Of a stretch of 64,000 bases of DNA, positions 42,659-53,355 are shown piece after piece; position 1 is the stretch's first letter; the number at the start of each line of letters is the position of its first letter. The position numbers and the translations under genes are program-made. The stretch is from Blastocatellia bacterium (lineage in GTDB: Bacteria > Acidobacteriota > Blastocatellia > UBA7656), in assembly GCA_963765495.1 (NCBI GenBank), contig CAVXWP010000010.1, positions 1 through 64,000 on the forward strand, given 5' to 3'. Below the pieces are notes generated by a model. The model saw only the letters and a list, made by a program, of their open reading frames with translations, did no database searches and was not told where the DNA came from.

Positions 42659-45343
42659 CTACGCCAGAAATGGGATTGCCTTTTCGGCATCTATATTCAT
42701 ATCTTTCATAGCCTTCTCTACTACGGCGGGCTTGATCTTCTTCTCGGCGGCCAGAGCCGAAAGCGTCGCAAGCGTTATAAACCGCGCATCGACTTCGAAG
42801 AAGTTGCGGAGCGCCGCGCGGCCCTCGCTTCTCCCAAATCCGTCTGTTCCCAGAGAGATGAGGCGTCCGGGAACCCATTGAGAGATCGAATCGGGCAACG
42901 CCTTTACATAATCCGTAGCCGCTACAAATACGCCCGGCGCATCGGCCAGACACTCTATAACATAGGGCACGCGCGCTTTTTCGCCCGGGTGCATCCTGTT
43001 CCAGTGCTCCACTTCGTGCCCGTCGCGATAGAGTTCCTTATAGCTGGTCACGCTCCAGACATCGGCGGCGACATTGTACTGCTCGGCCAGCATGGTCTGC
43101 GCCTTCAAGGCTTCGTTCAAGATAGCGCCGCTTCCGAAAAGCTGCGCGCGGAGTTTGGCGTCCGTGTTTTCGGTGGCCCTGAACCTGTACATCCCCTTGA
43201 GTATCCCGTCGCGCACTCCATCGCCTTCGGGCATATGCGGGTGGTCGTAGTTCTCGTTCATCACCGTCAGGTAATAGAATACGTCTTCCTGATGTTCGTA
43301 CATTCGGCGGATACCGTCGCGGATGATGACCGCAAGTTCGTAGGCAAAGGCCGGATCGTATGTGATGAGGTTGGGCACAGGATAGGCCAGAAGATGACTG
43401 TTGCCGTCCTGATGTTGCAGCCCTTCCCCGGCAAGCGTAGTGCGTCCGGCGGTCCCGCCCAGCAGGAATCCTCGGCAACGCATATCGCCCGCCGCCCAGA
43501 CCAGATCGCCTATGCGCTGAAGGCCGAACATCGAATAGAAGATGTAAAACGGTATGGTGTTTATGCCGTGCGTGGCATAGGCCGTACCGGCTGCGATGAA
43601 ATCGGCCATCGAACCTGCTTCCGTGATGCCTTCTTCCAGGATTTGCCCGTCTTTCGCCTCTTTGTAATAGAGCAGCGTGGCCGCATCGACCGGCTCGTAT
43701 AACTGGCCTACGTGCGAGTAAATGCCTACCTGTCGAAAGAGCGGCTCCATACCAAAAGTGCGCGCTTCGTCCGGCACTATGGGTACGATCAACTTTCCGA
43801 ATTTTTCATCGCGCAACAGCTTCGCAAGTATCCGCACAAAGACCATAGTGGTGGAAGCCTCGCGCCCTTCGGTTCCGCTATAGAATTCCTCGAAGAGTTC
43901 TTCGCCCGGGGCCTTTATCGATTCGACCGCCACCACGCGAGACGGTACATAGCCGCCCAGTTTCTGTCGCTGCTCGCGCATGTACTGAATCTCCTGACTG
44001 TCTTCCGAGGGACGATAAAAGGGAGCCTCGGCGATCTCTTCATCAGAGATTGGGATGCCGAACCGGGCGCGGAACCGCCGCAACTCATCCTCATTCAGCT
44101 TTTTCTGCTGGTGAGTGATGTTCTTTCCTTCGCCGCTTTCGCCAAGCCCGTACCCCTTGATTGTCCTCGCAAGTATGACCGTAGGCGATCCCTTGTGCTC
44201 GACGGCAGCCTTGTATGCCGCGTAGACCTTTTGAGGGTCGTGCCCACCGAGCCTCAATTTCTGAAGTTGATCGTCCGACAGGTGCTTTACCATGTCGAGT
44301 AATCGCGGGTCCGCGCCAAAGAAATGTTCGCGGATGTAAGAACCGGGTTCGGTGGTGTATTTCTGCCACTGACCGTCTACGGTCTCACCCATTCGCTTGA
44401 CGAGAATTCCGTCGTGATCGCTGGCAAGCAACGGGTCCCAGTCGCTCCCCCAGATGACTTTTATCACGTTCCAGCCCGCGCCCCTGAACGCGGCTTCAAG
44501 CTCCTGAATGATGTTGCCGTTGCCGCGAACCGGGCCGTCGAGCCTTTGCAGATTACAGTTGACCACGAAGATCAGGTTGTCGATTTTTTCGCGCGCCGCA
44601 AGCGTTATAGCGCCCAGCGTCTCGGGCTCGTCGGTCTCTCCGTCGCCGAGAAAGGCCCATACCTTTGCGTTTGTGTGTTTCTTCAGTCCGCGATCTTCCA
44701 GATAACGGTTAAAGCGCGCCTGATAGATCGCCATGATCGGTCCAAGTCCCATAGAGACTGTAGGAAACTCCCAGAAATCAGGCATAAGCCACGGGTGCGG
44801 ATAAGAAGAAAGCCCGCCTCCCTCCCTTGATTCCCGGCGAAAGTTTTGCAGATGCTCTATCGAGAGTCGGCCTTCGAGAAAGGCTCGGGAGTAGATGCCG
44901 GGCGAGGCGTGCCCCTGAAAATAGATTATGTCGCCTTCGTGATCGGCTCCCTTGCCGTGAAAGAAATGGTTGAATCCGACCTCGTAGAGATTCGCCGCCG
45001 AGGCATAGGTAGAGATGTGCCCGCCGATGCCGCTCTCTTCGCGGTTGGCGCGCACCACCATAGACATGGCGTTCCATCGAACGAGGCTCTTGATGCGGCG
45101 CTCTATCTCGCGGCTTCCCGGAAAGACGGGCTGTTTTTCTAAGGGGATAGTGTTGATATAAGGCGTGTTGGCTGTAAAGGGGATTTTTATTCCGGCCTTC
45201 TGGGCGTGAATCTGAAGGCGTGTGAGGAGGTTTCTCACCCTTTCCGCCCCGCCGTTCTGTATCACGTAATCAAGCGAATCGAGCCATTCCTTGATCTCCA
45301 CTTCCTCCGTTGTGGTTGCTTCTTTCTTAACCGTCGTAGTCAT
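42659..45343 (-). CDS. aceE: Pyruvate dehydrogenase E1, homodimeric type
   Basis: GGHIS, YPHPWLMP, GDGETDE, NCNLQRLDGPV, PDEARTFGME. Confidence 0.97.
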   Translation of the reverse strand: MTTTVKKEATTTEEVEIKEWLDSLDYVIQNGGAERVRNLLTRLQIHAQKAGIKIPFTANTPYINTIPLEKQPVFPGSREIERRIKSLVRWNAMSMVVRANREESGIGGHISTYASAANLYEVGFNHFFHGKGADHEGDIIYFQGHASPGIYSRAFLEGRLSIEHLQNFRRESREGGGLSSYPHPWLMPDFWEFPTVSMGLGPIMAIYQARFNRYLEDRGLKKHTNAKVWAFLGDGETDEPETLGAITLAAREKIDNLIFVVNCNLQRLDGPVRGNGNIIQELEAAFRGAGWNVIKVIWGSDWDPLLASDHDGILVKRMGETVDGQWQKYTTEPGSYIREHFFGADPRLLDMVKHLSDDQLQKLRLGGHDPQKVYAAYKAAVEHKGSPTVILARTIKGYGLGESGEGKNITHQQKKLNEDELRRFRARFGIPISDEEIAEAPFYRPSEDSQEIQYMREQRQKLGGYVPSRVVAVESIKAPGEELFEEFYSGTEGREASTTMVFVRILAKLLRDEKFGKLIVPIVPDEARTFGMEPLFRQVGIYSHVGQLYEPVDAATLLYYKEAKDGQILEEGITEAGSMADFIAAGTAYATHGINTIPFYIFYSMFGLQRIGDLVWAAGDMRCRGFLLGGTAGRTTLAGEGLQHQDGNSHLLAYPVPNLITYDPAFAYELAVIIRDGIRRMYEHQEDVFYYLTVMNENYDHPHMPEGDGVRDGILKGMYRFRATENTDAKLRAQLFGSGAILNEALKAQTMLAEQYNVAADVWSVTSYKELYRDGHEVEHWNRMHPGEKARVPYVIECLADAPGVFVAATDYVKALPDSISQWVPGRLISLGTDGFGRSEGRAALRNFFEVDARFITLATLSALAAEKKIKPAVVEKAMKDMNIDAEKAIPFLA

Positions 45344-45524
45344 ACCTTAAAGGTCCCTTTCTCAAATACCTGTTCAAATCGCAAATGAGTATTCTATTGC
45401 GCCAGGGAGTGATTGCTCAAGCTGAGGATTAAATAGCAAGACAGGAAGCATTAAATTCTATAGTAACCGTCTGTTTGAATGTGGGCAATTCGTAAAGGCA
45501 AGATCAAATAAAGGCGGATGGGAA

Positions 45525-45555
45525 CAGGCCTATTCAGTTTTCCAAAATGTAGAAT
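45525..45555. repeat. Partial copy of the CAGGG-ended MITE
   Basis: ATTCAGTTTTCCAAAATGTAGAAT (45532-45555) identical to 57911-57934. Confidence 0.7.
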
Positions 45556-45597
45556 CGGTTTAACCTGTATTCCCAAGAATGCATCAAGCGATACTTT

Positions 45598-46365
45598 CTA
45601 ATCAAACACGGCCAGGACGGGCACGTGGTCGGAAGGGCGTTCCCACCCGCGAGTCTCTTTTTCTATTCTTACGGATTCGAGCCGCGAGGCAAGCGGGTCA
45701 GAAACCCAGATATGATCTATGCGAAGCCCCGCATTGCGACGAAACGCCCCGGCGCGATAATCCCACCACGAGTAAAAGCCGCCTTCTTCCGTGCGCAATC
45801 TAAAGGCATCTGAAAATCCCCAATCCCTTATATTCTCGAGCGCGGCACGTTCAGGCTCGCTGAAAAGGACCTGCCCCCGCCACTTCTCCGGGTCGTGCAC
45901 ATCGCGGTCTTCGGGCGCGACGTTGAAATCGCCACACAACAAAACCTGCTCGCTCTTGTCGTGATGGGAATCAAGAAATGAGCGTAGCCGCCGCATCCAG
46001 TCGAGTTTGAAACTGTATTTATCGGTTCCCACCGCGCTGCCGTTTGGGATGTAAACATTGATTATGCGGATGCCCTCTATCGTGACGGCAAGCAACCGCG
46101 CCTGCGCCCCCGGCTCATCATCGAGAAACCCGCGCTGCGGCTGCTCGATTGCGGTGCGCGAAAGCGTGGCCACGCCGTTGTAGGTCGGCTGCCCGAAGGT
46201 TTCCGACGTGTAGCCAAGCTCCGTAAATGCCTCGCGCGGGAAACGTTCATCTACCGTCTTGGTCTCCTGCAAACAGAGCACATCCGGGCGGGCCGATTCC
46301 AGCCATCTGAGTACGAGAGGCAATCGCGCCGCCACTGAATTCACATTCCATGTAGCTATTTTCAT
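45598..46365 (-). CDS. xth: Exodeoxyribonuclease III
   Basis: MKIATWNVNS, LQETK, GDFN, RIDH, SDH. Confidence 0.95.
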   Translation of the reverse strand: MKIATWNVNSVAARLPLVLRWLESARPDVLCLQETKTVDERFPREAFTELGYTSETFGQPTYNGVATLSRTAIEQPQRGFLDDEPGAQARLLAVTIEGIRIINVYIPNGSAVGTDKYSFKLDWMRRLRSFLDSHHDKSEQVLLCGDFNVAPEDRDVHDPEKWRGQVLFSEPERAALENIRDWGFSDAFRLRTEEGGFYSWWDYRAGAFRRNAGLRIDHIWVSDPLASRLESVRIEKETRGWERPSDHVPVLAVFD

Positions 46366-46399
46366 AATCATCCACTTAGCGAACAATTTTTGTGTCGAC

Positions 46400-47560
46400 T
46401 TACTTTGCGGGAACGAGTCGCAGTATGCGGTCATCATCGTTTGTGGGCGATCCTCGCCCGTCCCGGTTTGATGTAGAGAAATAGATAAAGCCATCCGGCC
46501 CCTGAGCGATTTCGCGTATGCGACCGTACTGGCCTTCGAGCATACGTTCCTGACTCACTACGCGGCTGCCGTCAAGAACTACGCGGATGATGGCGGTGCC
46601 GCGCAGACAACCGAAAAAGAAGTTGCCTCGAAACTCCGCAAAGGCCGGGGCGCTATAAAACATGCCGCTCGCGGGCGCTACTGCCGGAGTGTATTCCAGC
46701 AGCGGAGATTTCAACCCCGCCCGTTCCTGCCGGTGGTGAATGATCGGCCAGCCGTAATTGGCTCCCTTCTCAACTATATTCATCTCATCGCCGCCGCCGG
46801 GACCGTCAAAACCCGAGGGTCCGTGCTCGGTTTCAAACAGCGTGCCTGTGCCCGGCTGCCAGTCTATCCCCTGCGGATTGCGATGGCCGTAACTCCATAT
46901 CTCTGGCCTCGCGTCCGATCTTCCGGCGAAAGGATTGTCCGGCGGCACCGAGCCGTCGTCGTTTAAGCGGAGTATCTTTCCCGCAAGCGAATCAAGCCTC
47001 TGAGCCTGTTCGCGCTCCGTAGCGTCGCCCGTCGTGATATAAAGCTTTCCGTCGGGGCCAAACCTCAGACGACAGCCCGCGTGAAAACGCGCCGCAGGGA
47101 TTCCCTCGATTATCACTTTTGGCTCGGCGAGCGCCGATCCCGTTTCACGATACCGCACCACGCGCACAAACATGTCGCCGTTTTTGTAAGCATAAGAGAG
47201 ATAGAGCAGATGATTATCGGCAAACTTCGGGTGCAGGGCGAGCCCCATCAATCCGCTCTCGCCCGTATCCTCGGTTTCTGAAATAGCGGCGAGCGGCTCA
47301 CCTCGCAGCCGTCCGTTTTCAACTACCCTGACCCGGCCCGGACGTTCCGTGAAAAACATCCTTCCATCCGGGGTAAAAACGATTGACCAGGGAACCTGGA
47401 GATTGGAGACGACCGTCTCGACCTTGAATTTTGTGTCGCCGCTCGGCGTGGCGAGCATCTCTCCTGCGCCCTTCCCCGGTGGAGGACTGCCGCACGCGGT
47501 CGCGAAAAACAGGGCTGCGAAAAGAAATGTTATTAAGTTCATATGCTTCCTGATCCTCAT
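46400..47560 (-). CDS. PQQ-dependent sugar dehydrogenase (GSDH family) lipoprotein
   Basis: PWSIVF, FGPDGKLY..TGD, GHRNPQG, EHGP, NYGWP. Confidence 0.92.
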   Translation of the reverse strand: MRIRKHMNLITFLFAALFFATACGSPPPGKGAGEMLATPSGDTKFKVETVVSNLQVPWSIVFTPDGRMFFTERPGRVRVVENGRLRGEPLAAISETEDTGESGLMGLALHPKFADNHLLYLSYAYKNGDMFVRVVRYRETGSALAEPKVIIEGIPAARFHAGCRLRFGPDGKLYITTGDATEREQAQRLDSLAGKILRLNDDGSVPPDNPFAGRSDARPEIWSYGHRNPQGIDWQPGTGTLFETEHGPSGFDGPGGGDEMNIVEKGANYGWPIIHHRQERAGLKSPLLEYTPAVAPASGMFYSAPAFAEFRGNFFFGCLRGTAIIRVVLDGSRVVSQERMLEGQYGRIREIAQGPDGFIYFSTSNRDGRGSPTNDDDRILRLVPAK

Positions 47561-47958
47561 CTGATTTCGCCTTTCCTTTCTTGATTCACAGGCAGGAGGC
47601 GTTCAAATGCTCGCTGCTCGGGAGCAATTCCACGACGATAAATAAAACAATGAGCAATTCTTGCTCAGGATTATGATAGGTGAAACATCCTCTTTTGGCC
47701 ATTCACGAGGAAAGCCGGGCAGACCCGAGTTTGCACCCGGCAATCATCTGAACGCTAATCAGACATGCCTGCACTGTAAGGGGACACAAATGCAAATTGC
47801 AAAGGATGACTTTGTCCGGCTTCGGTCGGCCTGAAAGCAAAAGCGAGGGTAGGCATATGCAAAACAAGCACAATTTTTGCCGGGATTTTGGGGCTTTTTT
47901 CATCTTCCTCGTGGATATACCTCTATGAGAACCCGGAGCCGAAGGATGAAATGAGGGC

Positions 47959-47974
47959 TGGCATCTGTTTTGCA
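47959..47974 (+). promoter_or_regulatory. Sigma54 (-24/-12) promoter
   Basis: TGGCATCTGTTTTGCA, GG-N10-GC. Confidence 0.7.
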
Positions 47975-48056
47975 ATTAATAAAACCGGGTTGGCGTGAGT
48001 GCCCAATTATTTGAGCAAACGGTAACAAAAAAAATCAAGATAGCAGGAGCGTAACT

Positions 48057-48416
48057 ATGGAACAGACTAAAGACCATTACAGCACTGGCGGCGGGGCGGC
48101 GGCTGTCGGGGCGCGGACCGAATCGGAAGGTTCGACGTTAAACAATATCAAGACAACGGTAGCCGAAAAACTCAAGACCGCGGCCAGCGCCCTTGATGAA
48201 AAAATCAGCGAGACGGGCGGGCGTGACAGTACGATTTCTACTTACGGTCGTCAGGCGGCGGTTTTGCTTGATCAGTCTGCGGATTACGTCCGCGATCTGG
48301 ATTTGAGTGGGATTGACAAGAAAATACGCAACGAAGTGCGCCAGAACCCAGGCCGCGCCCTGCTGATAGCCGGGGTCGCGGGATTGTTCATAGGCGCGCT
48401 GCTCAGACGGAGGTAA
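48057..48416 (+). CDS. DUF883/ElaB-YqjD-like tail-anchored protein
   Basis: VRQNPGRALLIAGVAGLFIGALLRRR C-terminus. Confidence 0.75.
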   Translation: MEQTKDHYSTGGGAAAVGARTESEGSTLNNIKTTVAEKLKTAASALDEKISETGGRDSTISTYGRQAAVLLDQSADYVRDLDLSGIDKKIRNEVRQNPGRALLIAGVAGLFIGALLRRR

Positions 48417-48422
48417 CAGGAT

Positions 48423-48842
48423 ATGGAAGCGCGCAGAGAGTTTATAAGACGAAACGAGGCAATGATGGAGCGCGAATCCTTTGGCGAATTGCTGGGCCAG
48501 CTGGCAAATAATTCCGCTGCGCTGGTCCGCGACGAGATCGAACTGGCCAAGCAGGAGATGGGCGAAAAGGTGAGCATGTTTCGCTCCGGGGCCGTTGTCA
48601 TAGCTGCGGGCGCAATCATCGGACTGATAGGCGTGATGGCCCTTGTCGCCTCGGCAATTATCGGATTGGCAAATTACATGGCACCGGGATACGCGGCGCT
48701 TATAGTCGGAGGGATACTGGCGCTCGCCGGAGGCATAACCGCTTTCGCAGGCATCGGGCAGATCAGGCGAACAAACTTCAAACCAGAACAGACAATCGAG
48801 ACATTGGAGGAGGATAAGGTATGGCTGAAGGAACTGACGTAG
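48423..48842 (+). CDS. YqjE/'phage holin family' membrane protein
   Basis: LVRDEIELAKQEM, two TM helices, PEQTIETLEED. Confidence 0.8.
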   Translation: MEARREFIRRNEAMMERESFGELLGQLANNSAALVRDEIELAKQEMGEKVSMFRSGAVVIAAGAIIGLIGVMALVASAIIGLANYMAPGYAALIVGGILALAGGITAFAGIGQIRRTNFKPEQTIETLEEDKVWLKELT

Positions 48843-49300
48843 CGGCTCGGCAGCGCGCTGTGGTCGACATATCGGAGCGAAGCGCGGCGGAAATTCGTCA
48901 CGACATTGCCGCCAAACGCGAATCCATCTCTGAGACGGTGGATAAGCTCGGCGAGCGTATCCATGAATCGCTCGACTGGCGGGAGTATGTGGCCGAATAT
49001 CCTTACGTAGCTCTTGGCATAACGGCCGGACTGGGCTTGCTCGCGTCAGGCATCTTCAAGCCGCACCCGTCCCCGCGTGACCGCATAATGGATGCGATAG
49101 CGGAAACGGTAGAAGATTTTACGGATCGCGCGCATTCGACCATCGAAGAGGTAGTTGATCGCAAGAAGACAGGTCCAGTGCGGATAGCAAGGACCGCTGT
49201 TGGAACTATCATTGGCAAGGCCGTGACCGATTTTGCAAAAGGGAAGATTCAGGAGGCGCTTGAGCAGCGCAACAGAAGGTCTCGCAGCAGGAACGCATAA
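48821..49300 (+). CDS. DUF3618-domain protein
   Basis: EIRHDIAAKRESISETVDKLGER. Confidence 0.75.
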   Translation: MAEGTDVAARQRAVVDISERSAAEIRHDIAAKRESISETVDKLGERIHESLDWREYVAEYPYVALGITAGLGLLASGIFKPHPSPRDRIMDAIAETVEDFTDRAHSTIEEVVDRKKTGPVRIARTAVGTIIGKAVTDFAKGKIQEALEQRNRRSRSRNA

Positions 49301-49384
49301 AAATGCATCAACGCGTCCGCTGCCCGGGAAATAGATTTTGATCCGAAGATTCAGGTACGAACTAATTTCATAAGGAGGGAAGGT

Positions 49385-49816
49385 ATGGAATCGAACAAGA
49401 CCACTACAACAGACACAAACAAGACGGCTGAACGCACCGCATCTGCGGTGACTACAACGGGCGGACAGAATAATCCGACGGCAAGCGCGCCGCAACGCGC
49501 GCGCGAGGTGGAGTCCGATGTGAAAAGCTTTACAGAGGAAGCCCGTAAACAGGGAGAACAGGCCTATCAACAGACCAAACAGGTTGTCAGCAATGCTTAT
49601 GAGAAGACATCCGAAGCATTGAACGATACTTACAATCAGGCAATGAGCTATGGCCGCGACAATCCCGGCACGGTAACGCTGATCGCATTCGGCGCTGGAG
49701 TAGGAATTGGGCTGCTCCTGGCCGGCGCATTTACAGACAGGCGAAGCCGGTACAATCGACTGGCGGAGCCGGTAGTAAACACGCTTGCGGAAATAGCCAA
49801 AGAATACTTTCGCTAA
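49385..49816 (+). CDS. DUF883-like membrane-anchored protein
   Basis: Hydrophilic helical N-terminus, RDNPG..LIAFGAGVGIGLLL; AAGGAGG RBS. Confidence 0.7.
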   Translation: MESNKTTTTDTNKTAERTASAVTTTGGQNNPTASAPQRAREVESDVKSFTEEARKQGEQAYQQTKQVVSNAYEKTSEALNDTYNQAMSYGRDNPGTVTLIAFGAGVGIGLLLAGAFTDRRSRYNRLAEPVVNTLAEIAKEYFR

Positions 49817-49922
49817 ACCGTAAGCAGCTTTTCAACACGAGGCAATACAGAACCAGGATTTCGGGTGTCTGGTCTTTGATCGGGCATCCGGTGGATTCAC
49901 AGATTCTCCTAAATATTACCGA

Positions 49923-49955
49923 AGGCGCGGGCCAGAGGCTCGCGCCTATTTTTTG
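49923..49955 (+). terminator. Rho-independent terminator
   Basis: AGGCGCGGGC-CAGAG-GCTCGCGCCT followed by T tract. Confidence 0.75.
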
Positions 49956-50005
49956 TCCTCATGCGCCGGAAATCACTAAAGAAGTGTTAGACTGTAAGGC
50001 AAGCT

Positions 50006-50422
50006 ATGAATAGACCCGAACCACCAGAACAGATCAAAGCGATGGACACGGCGGAAGGACACCAGCGATTTCTGCGGGCGCAGTGGAAGAAATTTGCCGC
50101 TTATGCCTGGCACAAGCATCTCTCGGAGGGGCGCGGCGCGGTTGTAATCGATCTGAGAAACGCCAGGCGCGAAGGCGCAGGGTTTAACGTGCCCTCGCAG
50201 TATGTGGCGGAAGAGAGCCGGCAACTCGCAAAGCAGGGCGGCTGGCCCGATACGGATGTCGCTCAGGTGATCGAAGAGTATGACCCCACGCAGGACGTAG
50301 TCTTTATCTTTCTCAGAACCAATGGAGAGATATCTTACTATCAGGCCTCTGACGACCCCACACCACCCGAAGCCTTCGAGATTCAAATGAGCGGCTCAAA
50401 GCTGGAACCTTCCAAAGACTGA
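50006..50422 (+). CDS. Hypothetical protein
   Basis: 138-aa ORF with globular composition (GRGAVVIDL, YDPTQDVVFIF). Confidence 0.7.
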   Translation: MNRPEPPEQIKAMDTAEGHQRFLRAQWKKFAAYAWHKHLSEGRGAVVIDLRNARREGAGFNVPSQYVAEESRQLAKQGGWPDTDVAQVIEEYDPTQDVVFIFLRTNGEISYYQASDDPTPPEAFEIQMSGSKLEPSKD

Positions 50423-50440
50423 ACTACTTATTTCTCTCCC

Positions 50441-50662
50441 CAGGGCCATTCAGTTCTTGAGTTGAGGGCAATAGGCGGAAAAAATATTAAAAGTTGAGTT
50501 GACGCAAAGGCAAGTTGAAATAGGCCGCGGATAACGCGGATCGAGCGGATCTACGCGGATTAGCTCATAAAGAGTCAGATCCGCGAAAATCCGTCGCATC
50601 CGCGTACGTCCCGGCCTATTTCCCTTATCTCTTTCTACATGTTGGAAAACTGAATGACCCTG
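50441..50662. mobile_element. MITE with CAGGG termini (ISAs1-like ends)
   Basis: TIR CAGGGYCATTCAGTT; 10-bp duplication TTTCTCTCCC at 50431-50440 and 50663-50672. Confidence 0.88.
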
Positions 50663-51304
50663 TTTCTCTCCCTGATGAGTATGTACATAACAACAAATAT
50701 TATTGCTCTTTTCCCAACCGGCTGTTATAAACAGACTAGTGTTTGTGTTCAGGGCGAGAAGTAATCACATTAAGCAATATGGGTTATGTTTGAAAACTAT
50801 TAGGTTATTAGCCTGTCACTCCTTGATTTGAATAACGGTTATAGACCCGTGCTCATTTAATGAGCAGTCTCTTAAGCAAATTGTAGCAGTGGAAAATAAA
50901 GGTTGTATTGCAAAGACAGATCCCCCACCTGTCTTCATAGACGATTCAGGCTCAACATCCTCGTATGCACAGGTTGCTGACTCTGAATACATTCGATAAG
51001 TGACTCTTCCACAGGGTCGGATTAGTTTTAGAATTTATGCAGTTGAAACAAGACTAAGCTAAAAGCAAAAACGCAGCGCAATGGGCTATCACTGTAAGTT
51101 GCTGATTCTTCGTTCAATTGCCTAACTCTAAAAATTATTATCGATGCTCAGAATATTTCTTGAAAGATAAATCACGCACGTCATTGAATTTATTTGGCAT
51201 ACTGAAATCAAATTGAAATAATAGGAACCTATTAGCAGGCCAAACTGAGATGAGGATTTTTTCAGCATTTTACGCCCAGGAGATTATGGTAGTCCCGGCA
51301 CTCT

Positions 51305-52828
51305 ATGGTGCTGCCAAATGGAAACTTCGCTATGAGTAAAACAGTTAGGTCAATTGCGATGCGATATGGACTCGCTCTGGCATCATTTGTACTAACTCTC
51401 TTTATTGCGTTGGTCCTTCGATATTATTCAATCAGGATCAGTCTGGCCATACCGATTATTCTCGTATTGATTGGAACTACCTGGTATGGAGGGAAAGGGC
51501 CGGGGCTTATGGTGGCAATCCTTCTTGAGATTGCTACTATCCTACTGGCCTCTCCATCCCCTGAAACATCGCTGGCAAGAACCATATTTGGGTATTTCAA
51601 CGTCATGGTGTTACTCATCACAATGGTTCTTCTGATCAGCGGGCGAAAAAAGGCTGAAAGTGAGTTGCGCGAGCAACGCGAATGGTTACAGGTGACACTT
51701 TCCAGTTTACGCGATGCGGTGATTGCAGCCGATCTCAAGGGCCGGATCAATTTCATGAACCCGGCGGCAGAAAGCCTGACCGGCTGGCCCATGACGCAGG
51801 CGGCAAACAGGCCTCTCGAGGAAGTGTTTCAGACCATTGAGAAAGCGCCCAACGACATAGAAGAGAGCCCGTCTTCAAAAGCGGGCGTTTCAGGAATTCT
51901 TTCCGCAGGTATCTCTGATGAGGTTACGCTTGTTTCCAGAGACGGGATAAAGAGAGTGATTGATTATAGTTGCGCGCCGATTCTAAGCAGCAACGGCGAG
52001 GCTACAGGTACGGTTATGGTATTTCGCGATATTACCGAGCGAAAGCAGGCTCAACAACTCATCCTCGATCTCACATCAACACTGGAAAGCCGTGTGATCG
52101 AGCGAACAGCCCAGCTTGAAGCCGCAAACAATGAACTCGAATCATTCAGCTATTCGGTCTCTCACGATTTGCGCGCGCCTTTGCGGCACATCAACGGTTT
52201 TGCCGATTTGCTTGAAAGAAACGGTTCATCTGCACTCGATGAAAAAGGCCGCCGTCATCTGAAGATCATATCGGATTCGGCCAGACAGATGGGTCGATTG
52301 ATCGACGATCTTTTGAGTTTCTCGCGCATGGGTCGCACAGAGATGCATCAGACCGTGATCAATTTCGAGCAACTCGTAAATGAGGTCAAATCCGAACTTG
52401 AGCGCGAAGCCGAAGGACGCGAAATCGTCTGGAAGATAGAGAGCCTGCCCACAGTATACGGCGACCCCTCGATGCTGCGGCTGGTATTGATAAATCTATG
52501 CTCCAATGCTGTGAAATACACTCGCGGGCGCGTCCAGGCCACTATCGAGATCGGAACGCTCGCCTCCCCTGAGGATGAAACGATCTTCTTCATCCGCGAC
52601 AACGGCGCAGGATTCGATATGAAGTATGTAGACAAGCTCTTCGGAGTATTCCAGCGGTTGCATCGAGTAGACGAATTTGAAGGGACGGGGATCGGGCTGG
52701 CCAATGTTCGGCGGACCATACATCGCCACGGAGGTCGCGTCTGGGCTGAAAGCCCGGATGAAGGCGGCGCAACTTTCTATTTTTCGCTTCCAAACATCAG
52801 AAAGGAAGAGCTATGTCGCGCGATATAA
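51305..52828 (+). CDS. Membrane PAS sensor histidine kinase
   Basis: TM helices, [12 protein letters not shown]-box, NAVKY, DNGAGF, GTGIGL. Confidence 0.93.
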   Translation: MVLPNGNFAMSKTVRSIAMRYGLALASFVLTLFIALVLRYYSIRISLAIPIILVLIGTTWYGGKGPGLMVAILLEIATILLASPSPETSLARTIFGYFNVMVLLITMVLLISGRKKAESELREQREWLQVTLSSLRDAVIAADLKGRINFMNPAAESLTGWPMTQAANRPLEEVFQTIEKAPNDIEESPSSKAGVSGILSAGISDEVTLVSRDGIKRVIDYSCAPILSSNGEATGTVMVFRDITERKQAQQLILDLTSTLESRVIERTAQLEAANNELESFSYSVSHDLRAPLRHINGFADLLERNGSSALDEKGRRHLKIISDSARQMGRLIDDLLSFSRMGRTEMHQTVINFEQLVNEVKSELEREAEGREIVWKIESLPTVYGDPSMLRLVLINLCSNAVKYTRGRVQATIEIGTLASPEDETIFFIRDNGAGFDMKYVDKLFGVFQRLHRVDEFEGTGIGLANVRRTIHRHGGRVWAESPDEGGATFYFSLPNIRKEELCRAI

Positions 52829-53271
52829 GACGCATCCTGCTTGCCGAAGATAACCCCAATGATGTCGAGTTGACGCTGACGGCGCTTGAAGAAAACAACC
52901 TTGCCAACGAAGTGGTTGTGGTTCGTGACGGTGAAGAGGCGCTTGATTATCTCTATTGCCGGGGGCCCTTCAAGATGCGCGATGAAGGAAACCCGGCTGT
53001 AGTCCTGCTTGATCTAAAGATGCCTAAAGTGGATGGGCTGGAAGTGCTCAGACAGGTAAAGTCTGATCCGGCGCTCAGAATGATTCCAGTCGTAGTGCTC
53101 ACTTCTTCGCGCGAAGACCGTGACATAGTCGAAAGCTACAGCCTGCATGCAAATGCCTATGTGGTCAAGCCGGTTGACTTTCATGAGTTTGTTGATGCGA
53201 TCAAAGAGCTGGGCCTTTTCTGGGGCATCATAAATGTCGCGCCGCCCGGCAGCATCGGCTCCGAAAAATAG
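52813..53271 (+). CDS. Single-domain response regulator (Rcp1-like)
   Basis: [26 protein letters not shown]. Confidence 0.93.
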   Translation: MSRDIRRILLAEDNPNDVELTLTALEENNLANEVVVVRDGEEALDYLYCRGPFKMRDEGNPAVVLLDLKMPKVDGLEVLRQVKSDPALRMIPVVVLTSSREDRDIVESYSLHANAYVVKPVDFHEFVDAIKELGLFWGIINVAPPGSIGSEK

Positions 53272-53282
53272 GACCCCGTCTC

Positions 53283-53336
53283 CAGGGTTAAAGCGACAGG
53301 GCTAAAGCGACAGGGCTAAAGCGACAGGGCTAAAGC
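53283..53336 (+). repeat. 14-bp tandem repeat, nearly four copies
   Basis: CAGGGYTAAAGCGA x3 plus CAGGGCTAAAGC. Confidence 0.9.
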
Positions 53337-53355
53337 CTCCTCTGGGATTATTGAT

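Noticed and set aside
48423-48842. Holin indicating a prophage
   Set aside because: Family label only; context is a stress cluster with no phage genes
53283-53336. Possible CRISPR array
   Set aside because: No spacers, unit too short, no cas genes; no CRISPR array seen anywhere in the window
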